DNA of 64,000 nucleotides, from contig MU053758.1 in the NCBI GenBank assembly GCA_013239625.1, forward strand, positions 1-64,000. Direction: 5' to 3'. The position numbers and the translations under genes are program-made. The stretch comes from Lama guanicoe (Eukaryota). Shown here piece after piece: positions 21,236 to 35,065 of this stretch. Every line of letters begins with the position of its first letter. Positions within the stretch are counted from its first letter, which is position 1. The notes under the pieces were generated by a model that was given only the letters and a program-made list of their open reading frames with translations, made no database searches and was not told the DNA's origin.

Positions 21236-24200
21236 GTGCCTGTCCCTATTTGTTTTCTAAGGGGCTGCCTGCCTCTCCCTAAACGTCAGAGTCCAGGAAA
21301 CTTCTTTGGAATCCTGAGATAGCAGCGGGCATCTTTATGCCCCTGATTCCATGCCAGCTATTGAGAAGGGAGCTAGGGACCATCATAGGTCTGACCCTGG
21401 TTGATTCAAACAAGAAGTTGTAGGAGGAGTTGAGTCCTGGGCTCCTCCTCCCAGGACCCCAGATGTCTTGGGACACATGACTTGATTTAGCATTCAGGAA
21501 GCTGTGTTCCTGCCTCTTTTGAGGGTGGGGGTACAGACTGGCTGGGCAAATTCCAAAGTGCGTTCTGTACAAAGAATTTGTGCAAATCCCTTCATAGTTC
21601 CAGGTCTCTAGTTCCCCATCCTTACAATGAGGGGTAAACCTCCCAGTGGTTTGCCAGCCTAGCTCGGAGGAATGTTGAGCAGGTCCTGCGGGGCTCATTC
21701 CCCTGCTACAGCCAGAGCAGTGTTGAGTTTAGCAGTCTTACAGGAAGGCCTCAGTCACTGCTGTCATTCAAAGAAAGGGCTCCACAGCTACGGAAGTGTG
21801 AAATCCCCTGACCTGGAAGCTATTCTCAAAAAAGTTCCTTTCATCTCGCAAGGCTGTTTCAGGCCCAGCCCGGCGAGGCTGTAGCCTCTCTTCTCCACCA
21901 GATGGCAGCAGCCTGCCTGCTGCCGCGGGTGCCAGGCTGCGTTAAGTACAGGATGTTCAGAAAAAGATCCCAGGGAAGGGACTAGGGGGACGTTAGCACC
22001 AGCTCTGAGGCTAAGCAAATAGATCGAGGTGACCCTCTGCAGACGACTTCCTGATACAGAACCTCCTGGGCACCTGTGCTTGTAAATATACCAAGTGTCC
22101 TGCCCCAACCACCAGCCAAACTGGTGCTACCCGTCTCTCTGCCAGGTGGGAGATGGCCACTAGCGCAGCTTTAACTCTTTCTGAAACCAGGGAGGCTCTC
22201 AGGGTGCTGGATACTCAGGCTTTGGCAGCCTGAGGTCAGTTTGGGGAGCCCACCCAGTTGTTGATGAATTGGGAGTCACAGGGGACATCAGATTCTCCTC
22301 TGGAGGCCCCAGGAGTTTCTTTCCACTTCCCCAAACACTCATGAGGAGGAACAATATCAAATCTGCTGGACTTGGGGGTGGTTTGACCTTTCACCTTGTA
22401 GATGCTGTATGAGTGAGCACATCTGAAAAGGGCAAGTGTCACGTACACAAGTTGGGTTGGTCCATTCATTCATCTAACAATGATTATTGAGTACCTACTG
22501 TGTGCAGTCGTGGACTAGAAGCTTCAGGGGATTGGAAGATGAATCAGACACAGGTCCTTTATAAAGAGGCGAATACGACTCAGTCCAAATGGCAGGTGAT
22601 CAGGTCGTGTCTATTGAAGTCATATTGTATGTCTTCTCCCTTCAGATTTCTGTTTCTTATTGTTTGGTTCAGGTCAAAAATTAAATGATGAGGCCACGAA
22701 ATGGGGGAAGAAACAGGGAAAGGGCGTGGTAGAAAGGAAGCCAGAGACCATGCAAATGTTTGCCATGAGGAATCCACAAAGCGGAGGTCAAATGGGCCCC
22801 ACTGTGACTGACGTGCACAGACCTTAGAGCAAAGCACTTTCCCCATCTTCTCCCATCGACTTTCCTGAAGTATTTGTGATCCTAGCTCTCCAGTTTCCTC
22901 TTGCAAACGCACACTGCCTGGTTCTTTAAATTGGCTTAAAAAAGAATATTTATTGGTTTGATACTTTTTCTTTTAAATGATACAGAGAAGTATAAAGGAT
23001 AAAACAGAATGGACCATAACCCATTGCCCACAGGTGATATTTAAATATATATATCAGTATCATATACACATCACTTAAAAATGCAAATAGTACAGGAAGA
23101 TACATAATGAACAGTGAGTGTCTTCCCACCACTTTTCTCCCACAGTTCCTCTTCCCAAAATAACCACTGTTATTTATTTTTTGTTTATTAATTGCCTTTC
23201 AGGAAAAAAAGCCATGCATTCAGGAGCGCATACTTCTCCAAGCCCACATGAACCTGTCCTCTGCTGTCCTGGTTGTTTACAGAAAAGGGATCCCACTGTC
23301 CTGTATCTTGCTATTTTCATTTACTGAAATACCTTGGACATCTCACCACCGTGGCACAAACAAACCCGCCCCCTTCTTTTTAATGGCTACAGTGTTTCCC
23401 CTGGTGCGGATCTATCATGTTTTGTTGTCACCAATCGGCTTTTGGAGGATTTGGTGGTGGTTTTCATGTATTTTGCTGTTGCAGACAAAACCACAATGCT
23501 TGCTGCTTGATTTTTCAAAGGGTCCAAGGATCTCTGCATAAGATTTCCCCACAGGGCAAAAGAACTGTGCCCAGGGTCCTAGGAAATCATCTTTGGGGTG
23601 AGGGGATAGCACTGCTTGAGCCCCTTAGAGCTGCCCAGATGCTTCGTATTATGAACGTGTGACTCTGACTCCTTTGGGGAAGTTGTTACTTCACCCCCTG
23701 TTCCTGCCAAGCTGGTATGGCTGCTACCAGGCTAGCCATCCAAGTGTGGCTGCCCCGGGATGGGTCCTCAGTCTGGAGTCTCAGCCGGTTGAGGGCTTGC
23801 TGGGTTGGCTGGTGGACTCCCTGGGACTCTTGGCTCAGGCTGGGGCTGCTCTGCTTAGCTGGTGTTCGTGGCTGCTCTGAGATTCACAAACAAACAGGAA
23901 GCCAGGCCACTTCCTCCTTGCTGCGGCTGGTCCCCCGTCCTTATCTCCCCCTTGGCCCAGAGGGGAAGGGGCAGCCCAGGATTCACAAGGCAGCTTCCTG
24001 GCAGAGGTGGTAGGGGAGTTCTGGGCCCCATGGCCAGGAAGGGCTCCCCAGCTCTGTGCACCTATTTGGCACACAGCTGGGACAGCCTTACTGAGAATCA
24101 GAGTGAGGCTCCAATCTCTCCCTTTCAGGAAGCCTTTTCTAATAAAGCCTACCCTGTCTGGATCCCCCTTACCCCTTTGGTTCTGAGATGGAGTTCTTTC

Positions 24201-27200
24201 GGACTTGTAAGCAGCTCTCTGGGTGTTTGTGGTGGGAGAATGTTTTCTCCCTGAAGGCAGCACCCATGTTTTCTTCTGCCTGTTTCCAGTACCCACCAGC
24301 ACGGCACTCTGTTCATGGGGGATGCCCAGTAAATGTTTGTAGACTGAATGACTGACCGATTCCAAAAGGGTTGCCAGAGAAGAAGGGAGACAGGACAGGG
24401 TTGCAGTCCTGGCTCATGGTGGGGACAGAAGGCATCACTGCTCCTGACTGACCCGGACCCTGGGGCAGCTGAACAGTGGGGAGCGGTGGGGACAGTTAGG
24501 AGAGACTGAAGCCGAAGTGTGGCTAGGGTGGAGGCCAGAGATGAGAACTAGATATTCTGTCTAGTCCACAAGTCCTGAAGGCCCACTAGACCACAGGGAA
24601 AATCAGTTTCCTGGTTTTCAATCAGTAATCAGTTAGTTACTATAAAACTTAGTAAGGGGGGGTGCCTTTTTTTTTAAGGAATTAGAATTTTGAAAACACA
24701 CAGCCAACATAAAAACAATGCTGAATATATTTAATCCTCGCTGCGGTGACTCAGAGGGCGCAGTAGGATACGGCGGTGCCCGGGGCGGTCATTACGACTA
24801 TCAATTACCTTGAGAACATTAGCCACGGGCCCAGCCACCTGCAGTGAGTCACTGTCAGTTGCTTAAAAAAAAAATCTCGGCTATCAACTCACTTAGTTGC
24901 CACTGTTCTCTTTTCAAAGAAAGCTGAGCGCAGAAACCAAACTTAAAAACAAACAACAATAACCAGGAAACCCTAAAAGCCCAGTTATCTTCCCTCAGCA
25001 GTCGGTCTGGGCTTCAAACAAAAGTTCCTCTGTTAAGCACCTGTGGGGCCGAGGAGCCTGCGCGCTGCGGGGTTGGAGACCGTCTGGATGAGGACGGAGT
25101 GATGGGGGGTCAGGCTGGGGCCAAGGTGGAACTCCAAGCAGGAAGGGCTGCCTGGCTGCGGAGACCTACAACTGCTGTCACAGGAGGGTGGGGAGGGGGT
25201 GGGAGCCCCTCCTGGAGCTGGGTCTCCAAATCTGCAGAGATGGAGCAGACCACGGCCCAGCAGCTCCCCTGATGCCTCATCACGTGGTCACACAGGTGGA
25301 CTGAGAGGTGACCCTGGTGGCCTGATGAGGTTCCAGCGCTCCTTGATTCTCACCTGGCTCCATATACAGTCTCTCAGCATCACGGCAGGGTCAGCTCCCT
25401 CCGTGCCCCGTACAGTTTCCAAAGCTTCAAGCAATGGCCAGTTTAGGATATTTACTCCAGAAGCAGAGAAGAGAGAGTTGAACAGAGATGGTAAAGGGGG
25501 AGGGCAAAGGCTGTGCCCAGCAGTGAGGCTGCAAACTCCAGCCTCCAAGGCTGGCAAACCACCGCCAGCAGCCCTGCCTAGTCCCCACCGGACAGTAAGA
25601 GGTGAGTGGAAACTTCGGGTTAAAAATACCCAGGCTTGTTGCAAAGAGAAAGAAGAACAGGAAGGAAGTGTGGGGAAGCAAGGCAGAATAGACAGAAAGC
25701 CCCAGAGAAGGAGGATGAGACATTATTAATGGCCAGGAAGTTGATCAGGTAGAACAGGTGGAGAACGCCCTCCAGGTGCCTGAGGGGCTGGTGGGCTGTG
25801 GGTGGGATCCCCGGCATGGCTCAGGCAGACCCTCCCAGAGAAGTGATCTGGACCCACTGAGACTAGGATTCAGATCCCCGCAAAGAGTCTTGGCCCAGGA
25901 ACGGAGTGGCCAGGCAGCGGGCCTCTCCTAAGGAGAGTGGGGCTTGGGTGACCAGAGGGAGACTGTCGTGTCTGTCATTCTCTCTTCGGGGAGAGAGCCA
26001 CTCGGCCCCACCACTGGGCAGGGTGGGAGGGTGTTCAGCGGGCCTTGGAAACAGCAGGCACTCTCATGGAGGAAAGAGAGCAGAGAGAAGGCTGCTGAGG
26101 TGGCATGGCACCGATCAGAGCTCTGGATCCGGGTTGCTGAGCTCCATGACCCTGGACTGACACGAAGCTTCTCTGTGCTTCAGTTTCCTCATCCGTAAGA
26201 TGGAGATGCCAGGAGTGGCGACCTCATGGTGTTGTAATATGGGTTACGTGAGTTACAATACCCAAGGCTTCTAGAACAGGACCTGGTACCTAGTATTGCT
26301 TTTTAAGAGTTCACCATCAGAGGTGGAGTAGTGGGCAGTGAAGGAGATGGGTGGGAAGAAGTTTCTAACGCCTCATGTCAATGGAACAGCCCTTCACAGG
26401 AAGACTGCCCCACACCAGGCTAGGAGGGAGCAGAGGACGGGAGGGGATAGAAATAAGATAAGTGTTCAGGAACCAACATCTTCAGGAGAATACAAACAGC
26501 TAATCAGTCACACTTGAGCACAACACAAGAGAATTTTGTACCAAGTGCTAGTCTGCAGGGAGATGGAGTAACTTCCTCTGCCTTCAGTGTTTGGAAGGTG
26601 CCGCTGGACTTTGAAAGTTAAGTAACACAGGTCAGCAGGCCGAGAAGAGGGAGGATGGTGTTCAAGGTGGCGGCTCCCAGGTGGTTGACTGGGGATTGGG
26701 AGCGGGGAAGGGGCTTGGGCGAGAACAATTTGGAAGGATTTGGATCCTCTGCCAAGAGTTTGAACTTTATCCATGAGGCAAATGGCAAGACTAGGGAGCA
26801 GGGAGACCAAACCAGACTTGTGTATTCGAAAGAATTCTCTGGCAGAAACATGGAGGAGACACGAGAGGGGAGAGAACAGTTGCAGGGAGGCCAGTGGGTT
26901 AAGTGGCCCAGGAATGGTCAGGGCCAGAGACACCACGGGGAGGGGCCTTAGAAAGTGGGCTCATTTGGAAGGATGGCAAGTTGGGGGGGGGCGCTGACTG
27001 TACGGTTTCCAGTCTGGGCAACTGAGCATTTAGTGGTGTCCTTATTAGAGACAGGGAATCAGGGGAACAAAGTGGGCTTGACAAAGAAGGCTTTAGAAAG
27101 GGTGAGCTTGAGGTGGCTGAGATAGCCAGAGGGTGTCGGAAAGAGGAAATAGTAGTGATGGAAATGAGGTGGGGTCGCAGAAGACTCCCTTCAGACTAAA

Positions 27201-27460
27201 TCAAGGAAGCGTGGAGGCTGAGCCATGGGCCAGGGGTGACATATGGGGTCTGCTGGGGGAAACAAAGGGGCTGACAGGCCTCCCTCACTCCCCAGTTCAT
27301 GGCTAGAAAATTGCAAAGGGTCACAGTTTGTACAATGCCTGGTTAAATGACATTGTGGATTACAGTATCTAACTTGAACTGAATTAACCTTCACAAAATG
27401 GACAAGGGGGTTAAAAAGATTCCTGTAAAGACATTACAGGTTAAAGATCACCCTAATTCA

Positions 27461-28189
27461 TGGGAATGTAAATTGGTGCAGCCACTATGGAGGACAGTGT
27501 GGAGGTTTCATTAAAAAACTAAAAATAGACTTACCTTATGATCCAGCTACCACACTCCTGGGCATATATCTGGAGAAAACTATAATTGGAAAAGACACAC
27601 ACAGCCCGATGTTTACAACAGTGCTATTCACAATAGCCAAGACATGGAAACAAGCTAAACGTCCATCAGCAGATGGCTGGATAAAGAAGTTGTGGTACAT
27701 ATGCACAATGGAATACGACTCAGCCATAAAAAAGAATGAAATAATGCCACTTGCAGCAACATGGTTGGACCTAGAGATTATCATATTAAGTGAAGTAAAT
27801 AAGACAGAGAAAAACAAATATCATATGATGTCACTTACATGTGGAATCTTCAAAAACAAAACAAATTTAATTTACAAACCAGAAACAGATTCACAGACAT
27901 AGAAAACAAAACTGTGGTTACCAGGGGGGAATAGTCAGGGGAGGGATAGATTAGGAGTTTTGGATTAACAGATACACATTTACTATATATAAAACAGATA
28001 AAAACAAGGACCTGCTGTATAACACAGGGAACTATATTCAATTTCTGGTAATAAGCTGTAATGGAAAAGAATCTGAAAATACATAAATATGTATGTATAT
28101 GTATAACTGAATTGCTTTGCTGTACACCTGAAACTAACATTGTAAATCAAGTACACTTCAATAAAAAATAAGAATTATTAAAAAAAAAA
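27461..28189 (+). mobile_element. 5'-truncated L1 with poly(A) tail and 14-bp target-site duplication
   Basis: L1 ORF2 C-terminus/3'UTR ([23 protein letters not shown]); TSD ATCACCCTAATTCA at 27447-27460 and 28190-28203. Confidence 0.92.
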
Positions 28190-29242
28190 ATCACCCTAAT
28201 TCAGCAAGCACCAGCCCACTAGAAAAGAGCAAAGCTGGCACTTCTCACACGAGTTCTTTGTCAGCCCCATCATCAGTTAAAACAGGGACAATCTGATTAG
28301 GTCTAACATGATGATGGCCACAAAACTTTTTTGTACGTGCGTGTAATTTGTAATTATGAAGGTGACTATTTGAAATGTGAGTTACACTTCCCACCATTGT
28401 TATAAACAAACCTTGCCCAAGTATATATTGTGTCTTGAGATGTGTAGACAATTTGTAAATAATTGAACATATATAGAGGCACATGCTCAAATGTTATTAC
28501 TGATACTGATGGGATGTAACTTCTCAGTATGGGAGTTGTCATGTCACACAGGATTGGATTTGGGGGAAAATTCTTGAGTCGTAGGTTTCGGGTCCCAGAG
28601 CACCAACTGGTTTCCTACTTTATCAGTTCCACACATCTGAAACACTGTGTATTACATTTACCTCTTAGAACAAAGGATGCTTGTATTCAAAGTGTGGCTG
28701 CAATGGCTCACTTTTCTTTCATCGCCTCAGCCCTTCTCTTTCCTCTGGAGATGAGGGAAAGATTAGCTGAGCTCCCTGGAGAAAAGCATTAAGTAAATAC
28801 AAGGTGCTGCAGAAGTTACTGTTACTATTATTAACAACACTAATAGGCAGCAGCAGTGAACACTGTTCCAAGGTGTTCCCATAAGGATCCAGGTGAGAGG
28901 TTTCTAAACACATCCAACCACTCATCTCTTACCACCACATGAATCCAGGGGTCCTTCTGGTGTATGAGTCCCATGGGGCATGGAGGCTGCTGGGGCTTAG
29001 AAACACTGAAGCCCCCACGGGATGGGATTGCCATTCTCTGAGGAAGGAGGAGCTCACCTCCTGCGAGGCAGAGTCCAAGATCAGGCTGGACCTGAGTACT
29101 GGTTGAGGAAAGCCTCCTGCATGTCAGCCTAGGAGCCAATGCCAGGGAGCTAATGCCTTCACCGGACACTTGGGTACCTGCATCCCACTACCCAGGAAGC
29201 TGGAGAGAACACACATGCATAAAATTTTACATTAATTATTTT

Positions 29243-29950
29243 TGCAGCTGTTATGGAAGCAGTTTGGCAATTCCTTAAAAAATTGAAAATAGACTTACCC
29301 TGTGATCCAGCTATCCCACTCCTGGGCATATGTCCAGAGGAAATTCTAATTTGAAAAGATACATGCACCCCAATGTGCATAGCAGCACTATTGACAATAG
29401 CCAAGACAGACATGGGAACAACATAAATGTCCATCGACAGATGATTCAATAAACGAGTTGTGGTATATATGTACGATGGAATACTACTCAGCCATAAAAA
29501 AGAATAAAATAATGCCATCTGCAGCAACATGGATGGACCTGGAGATCCTCATACTAAGTGAAGTAAGCCAGAAAAAGAAAGAAAAATACCATATGATATC
29601 ACTTATATGTGGAATCTAAAAAAAAAAGTCACAAGTGAACTTATTTACAAAACAGAGACAGACTCACAGACATAGAAAACAAACCTATAGTTACCAGGTG
29701 GGAACAGGGTGGAGAGGGATAAATTGGGAGTTCAAGATTTGCAGATACAAACAACTCTATATAAAATAGATAAACAACAAGGTCCTACTGTATAGCACAG
29801 GGAACTATATTCAATACCTTGTAATGGCCTATAATAAAAAAGAATATGAAAAGAAATATATATATATATATATACATGTAAATGAATCACTATGCTGTAC
29901 ACCAGAAATTAACACAACATTGTAAAGCTACTCTACTGCATAACAAAAAT
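29243..29950 (+). mobile_element. 5'-truncated L1
   Basis: gatccagctatcccactcctgggcata...gcagcaacatggatggacctggaga...tatagcacagggaactatattcaa. Confidence 0.9.
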
Positions 29951-31619
29951 TACTTTTATTTTTTCAAAGCACATTTGTGTGGGAATGGTGGAGATGATTA
30001 TTTGCCATCATTTATGCCCAAAATGTTTTTATGGAGTATGTGTCATGGATGCAGGGAGCTGTACTAGGCGGACACAAAGGTGGGGACCTCAGCACACTGC
30101 TAATCCCGTGGACAATTAAGGTGCACACAACCACAGTACAGGGTGGACCCAGGGGCTTGAGAGGTTCAGACAGAGAGGAGCCAGCGTTCCAAGGTGGGAA
30201 GAGAGGCACAGTCCTGGAGGCAAAGACCCCTGGCCTGGATCTCAAAGGCTAGGAAGGCCTGGCCAGATAGAAATGGAGGAAATGACACCCCCAAAGGAGG
30301 ATGGAAGCCGCAGGATGGAAAAGCCTGGGGTACGTATGACCAACAACGAGTAGTCACGTTCGCATGGCACCTAGAGGGTAAAGAAGAGTGGGGTCGGAAA
30401 AATGCATTTGAACCAGCCTTTCATCAGCCACATGCTGGACCACGAGATTCAGGGTTTATCTTCAGTAAGCAAGGGGGAACCTCGGAAAGTGTAGGGGCAG
30501 GTGAGGCAGGGAACTCAAAGAAGTTAAAAACCAAACAAAGTTTGCCCAGAGTCCTATGGCGAGTTAATTTGTGGTCCAGCCAGGACTTGAATTCAGATTG
30601 GTATTGACACAGGCAGAGCACCTGGACGTCACACTGACCAGACAGATGGGTCTGTGGGAAAGCACTTCAGGCCAGGGGCAGGCAGGTTTCTCGGGGAAAC
30701 CTGGAGCCCAGGTTCCAAGGAGCCAGGTGTCCTCCCCTGCTGCTGGCTTGGGTCTTGTCAAGCTCAATCTTCCCATGGAACCTGGGTGATGGATGAGCCG
30801 GTGGCTGGACTGCAGTCCTTGGGAACCCAGATGGGTTGGGCTGGGAATGGCTGAGTGTGGGATCGCTTCAATAAAACGACGGGAGAGGAGCCCTCGAAAT
30901 GTCCTGGGGTGTGGGGCACGCAGGGCGTGGGGCCCCGCATTCCTGGATGGTTGAGACGCCACAGCTGATGATTATCATTATTATTCCTGCTCTGGCTTCT
31001 CTGAGCTTTCATCTTCCAGGACCCTGCCTTGCTGGCTGGGCGTCACCAGCTAGCAAGGCCTCCTGGGATGGAGTGGGGCAGGGCGGGCGGCTCCTGGCTG
31101 CAAGGGAACACACATGATGGCGGGTTTCTTCCCCAGTGAGCTCAGGGACTTTCCTAACCCTGGAAGCATGGGCAGAATTTCTCAAGGGGGAAACGGAGGC
31201 ACAGAGCAAGGGCATGACTTGACCGAGGTCCTGGGGGACCTCCGTCTCCTGCCAACCCCTACTGACTAGACCACATTTATCCTTCCCCAATTGGAGCAGA
31301 TCTTGTCGGCCTGGAAGAGAGCCAGGGAAGGTGTGGATCATAGAAGAGAGAACTGGGTTGGGTCCAGGACGACAGAACTGGTACCCTCTTTGCCAGGTGC
31401 TTCGGGCATCATGAGGTCAGGCTGCTGGTTTCGCGTCTCTCTGGATGGTCCTTCCTTATGGGTGGAGCTTCTCCAAGCCCCTGAGGGAGGCCAGTGCCAC
31501 AGACGCAGCTGGGCAAAATGCCCCGCTCTCTCCCATCAGAGGCAGAGGCTGCACTCAGCACCCTGGAGAGGAAGAGCCAGGCCAGAGGCAGAGGGCCAGA
31601 CGATGGCTCAGAGACAGGG

Positions 31620-31625
<6 letters not shown>

Positions 31626-31662
<37 letters not shown>
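31626..31662. repeat. (GT)n microsatellite
   Basis: About 18 GT units read directly. Confidence 0.95.
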
Positions 31663-31665
<3 letters not shown>

Positions 31666-32387
31666 ATTTGCTAACGCCAGGCTTTCGTTGGTGACATGTC
31701 CCTGCCTGCCCAGATGAGATCAAAGAGAGAAAGACTGACTAGGAGGAGATGTGAATGACAACCTGACGACTGGGGCTGGGGTAGGGCAAGGGGGCCACTG
31801 AGTAGATGCCGGCCGGCAGTGGGGAACCCAAGGAGAAGGGAGGGAGTGGCCCCACCAGCTGAGGCTGAGACCCAGCTGATAGGTGCTAGACTCACGTTCC
31901 CCATTTGCGCTGTCCATCTAGAGAGCAGCGATCTTTGACTGCATCTTCTGGCTTCTAGCTGAGGTGGGACAACATGGAAGAGAGGCTGAGGACGTTGGAG
32001 GAGAGAAGTCAGTCAACAGGGCTTCGGGACCTCCACAAGTTCTCACCTCCTCAGTGCCTCCCAGAGTCGGCCAACCAGCCAAGCTCTCAATTTATCAAGA
32101 ATTTAATAAGTAGCTACTCAAGGTGCTGTGCTTGGAGCCTTGGATGGAGATGCCTCAGGTGTGGCGCTGCCCTCAGGAGACGCTCTCTGGAGAAAGACAT
32201 TTTCCTGTTTGGTTTCGGCCCCACTTTACACAGGGCAATGCCAGCATCCTGGGCTGAGTGCCGAGGCATCTTCTTCCTCCCTGGCCATTTGTGGCCGTGA
32301 GCTCAGGCCCTCGCTTCTGTTTCAACCGCCAGCTCTGAGTTCACACAGGAGCAACGCTCCTGGAATTCTTGCTGCTTTAAAAAAAAT

Positions 32388-32550
32388 CTCTTTTAATTGA
32401 AGTGTAATTAATTTACAATGTTAGTTTCAGGTGTACAGCAAAGTGATTCAGTTATACATATACATACATATATATTTTTTCTTTTCAGATTCTTTTCCAT
32501 ATATTTTATTACAAGAAATTGAATATGGTTCCCTGTGCTATACAGCAGAT
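32388..32550 (-). mobile_element. Short L1 3' end fragment
   Basis: ttttaattgaagtgtaa...caggtgtacagcaaagtgattcagttatac...ccctgtgctatacagc. Confidence 0.8.
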
Positions 32551-34466
32551 CCTTTCTTACCACTTTCTTGACACTCACCTGGCTGAAACATTCACCCTTC
32601 AGCCACCTAAGTCATTTTGTGAGCTTGCCACTAGGATTAGGCTGCTCCAAGATGCACTTTTTCCAGGGACCCTACCCTATTCCAGACCAAATACACCCTG
32701 CAATACCCGCGCCTGCCTCTTCCTCCTGTCCATGAGCTGAAGAACCTCAGTGTCCCCTGTTGCTTGGCAGAGACACCTGGAATTTGGGGGCTATTTTCCA
32801 AAGCCCTCCCACTCATTTCTAGCTCTTTTTATTACCTATCAGTGTCCCTTCCTGTGCCCCCATCTAATAGTGTAACTCTACGTCTGGACCAGAGCAGAGA
32901 GCTCTTTAAGGGAATCACTTCCACATTTATAGTTGGTTTATTCAACAAATATTTACTACCAGCTGCTGTGTATCAGGCGCTGTGACAGGGACTGAGATGG
33001 CTCTGATGGTGACAACGGCAGACAGGCCTCCTGTCCTGGGGAAGCCCATGAACCAACAGGCAGGACAGACACTAATGATGAAAATGGGGCATGCGGTCTG
33101 ACTGGACAACCACCTAGGGTCCCTGGGAGTCTGGGCATTTTCACCGTGTCCTCAAATACCTCTTTTACTTCCTGCCTGGATTCTTTGCAGAGTGTGCCGT
33201 GCTGGGGGGGAGTGGAGACTGTTCCAACAGGATGTCCACATGGTAAGACCCGCAAGGCACCAGCTCCCAATCTGTTCTCCCCCGAGATGGGGGCAGGGGA
33301 GCGAGGCCCCACCCTTCTTGAATTCAGTCTCTTAAGGAAGTGGACACAGGGAGCAGGGACGGAATTAAGAACCTAAAACTCCACGTACAAACAAACCATT
33401 TGGGCAATGAAGCTGAGAAGGGCTGCAAAAGGCATTTCCCAATTTCACTGTGCTGGGAAGTACCAGATTCCGCCACCTCTCCAGAAAGCAGCCACCTTGT
33501 TGAGGATGAAATCCACACTCTGCTCTGTTCTCTGACTACATTGCCCGTGAGAAGTGGTGCCCCTGTGTTTCATTTTGAAACTTGTCCATGAATGAAGGCT
33601 CTAACCCCTCACGCAGTTGTTGGATGTTGAGTCAGTGTTTAAGCACTGTAATTGGCATAAAAGTCCTCCAACTGTCTAACCAAGACAAGACACTGCAAGT
33701 TCCACCCTCTGGCTCATTTGCTGCCCTCTGTGGAATGGGGAAAACAAGAAAACTCCGAGTGTTTTCACAAAACTTCTATAAAACTAACATGATCACGTGA
33801 AAGGCCTTTGGATCTGATGGCCTTCATTCTAAGTGTCAGTATTCCATATGGAAATTTTTTTAGAGGAAGTGATGGTGGGGGTGCGGGGGTGGGGTGGAGG
33901 ACAGAGAGCTCCCACCTGCTTGAATATAAGCCTCTGGGGTGCTTTCCTGGAACTCTCTTAGGTGGGGTTCTCTCCCCGCTTTGGTGCCTCTGTCACCCTG
34001 GGGGTGACACTCCAGGTTGTGGAAGTGGAATGGGCCCCAAGAATGCTGGGGGGGGCGGGGGCGGTGCTGGCATATAAAATGCAGTGATGGAGCTTTCCTT
34101 TTTAGGTGTGTCTGGTAGAAATGAAAGTGGCTTGAGCTCTAAAACAAGAAAAGCATTAGAGAAATACAGTTTTCAAAGGCTGTTGCCTTAAATTTGTGGT
34201 AGTTTCCTAAATCAAGGGGTAAATTCCTACATTTGAGTTTCTTTCCCTTCCTTCTTCCTCCCTCCCTCCTTCTTCCTCCCTCCCCTTTTCAATGGGAACA
34301 CCTTCCTCTTCTCTCTTCCAGCCTCAGTTCTACCATTTCTTTTTTTTTAATTGAAGTATAGTCAGTTACAATGTGTCAATTTCTGATATGTCAATTCTAC
34401 CATTTCTACCATCCTTTCAGGTGGAGCTACAGGCTCACCTCTTCCATGCATGTTTCCCATCCCATC

Positions 34467-34645
34467 NNNNNNNNNNNNNNNNNNNNNNNNNNNNNNNNNN
34501 NNNNNNNNNNNNNNNNNNNNNNNNNNNNNNNNNNNNNNNNNNNNNNNNNNNNNNNNNNNNNNNNNNNNNNNNNNNNNNNNNNNNNNNNNNNNNNNNNNNN
34601 NNNNNNNNNNNNNNNNNNNNNNNNNNNNNNNNNNNNNNNNNNNNN
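34467..34645. other. Assembly gap
   Basis: N run. Confidence 1.
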
Positions 34646-34649
34646 AGCC

Positions 34650-35065
34650 CAGGGCACGTAATAGGACTTTATTGAGACCTCCATTAGTCTTTTACTTCTC
34701 ATTACACATCAGAGAATTCAAACAGGAAAAAACATTCGTAAGTGTAATAAATGTGAATAAGCCTTCCTTTATACACCATCTTTATGCAACCACCATACAC
34801 ATCAGAGAATTCCTGCTGGAGGGAAACCTGTATCTGACGTCCGCGGGAGAACCCTCAGGTGAGTCTGGAGGCTTGGAAGGCACATGTGACTCAGTGTCAC
34901 AGAGCTCAGTTACAGAGAAGGTGACTGTGGGGAACCCTCCTCTCAAGACGATACCCAATATCGGCGTGTACATTAGAGAGAACCATGAATCCAAAGAATG
35001 TGGAAGAATTTCCCTCAGGGTCTTCACCAACCAACATCAGAGAATTTACCCGAGAGTAAAGAGCA
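34650..35065 (+). pseudogene. Decayed C2H2 (KRAB-ZNF-type) zinc-finger array remnant
   Basis: Three CATCAGAGAATT (HQRI) motifs. Translations: LITHQRIQTGKNIRKCNKCE*AF (stop 34758-34760), HQRIPAGGKP, KECGRIS...QHQRIY. Stops and frameshifts present. Confidence 0.75.

Noticed and set aside
27609..27902. 97-aa ORF
   Set aside because: L1 ORF2 C-terminal remnant inside a truncated retrotransposon.
27461..29950. Two neighbouring L1 fragments with similar 5' truncation points as a segmental duplication
   Set aside because: Their 3' tails differ, the first has its own TSD, and the flanks are unrelated, so they are independent insertions.
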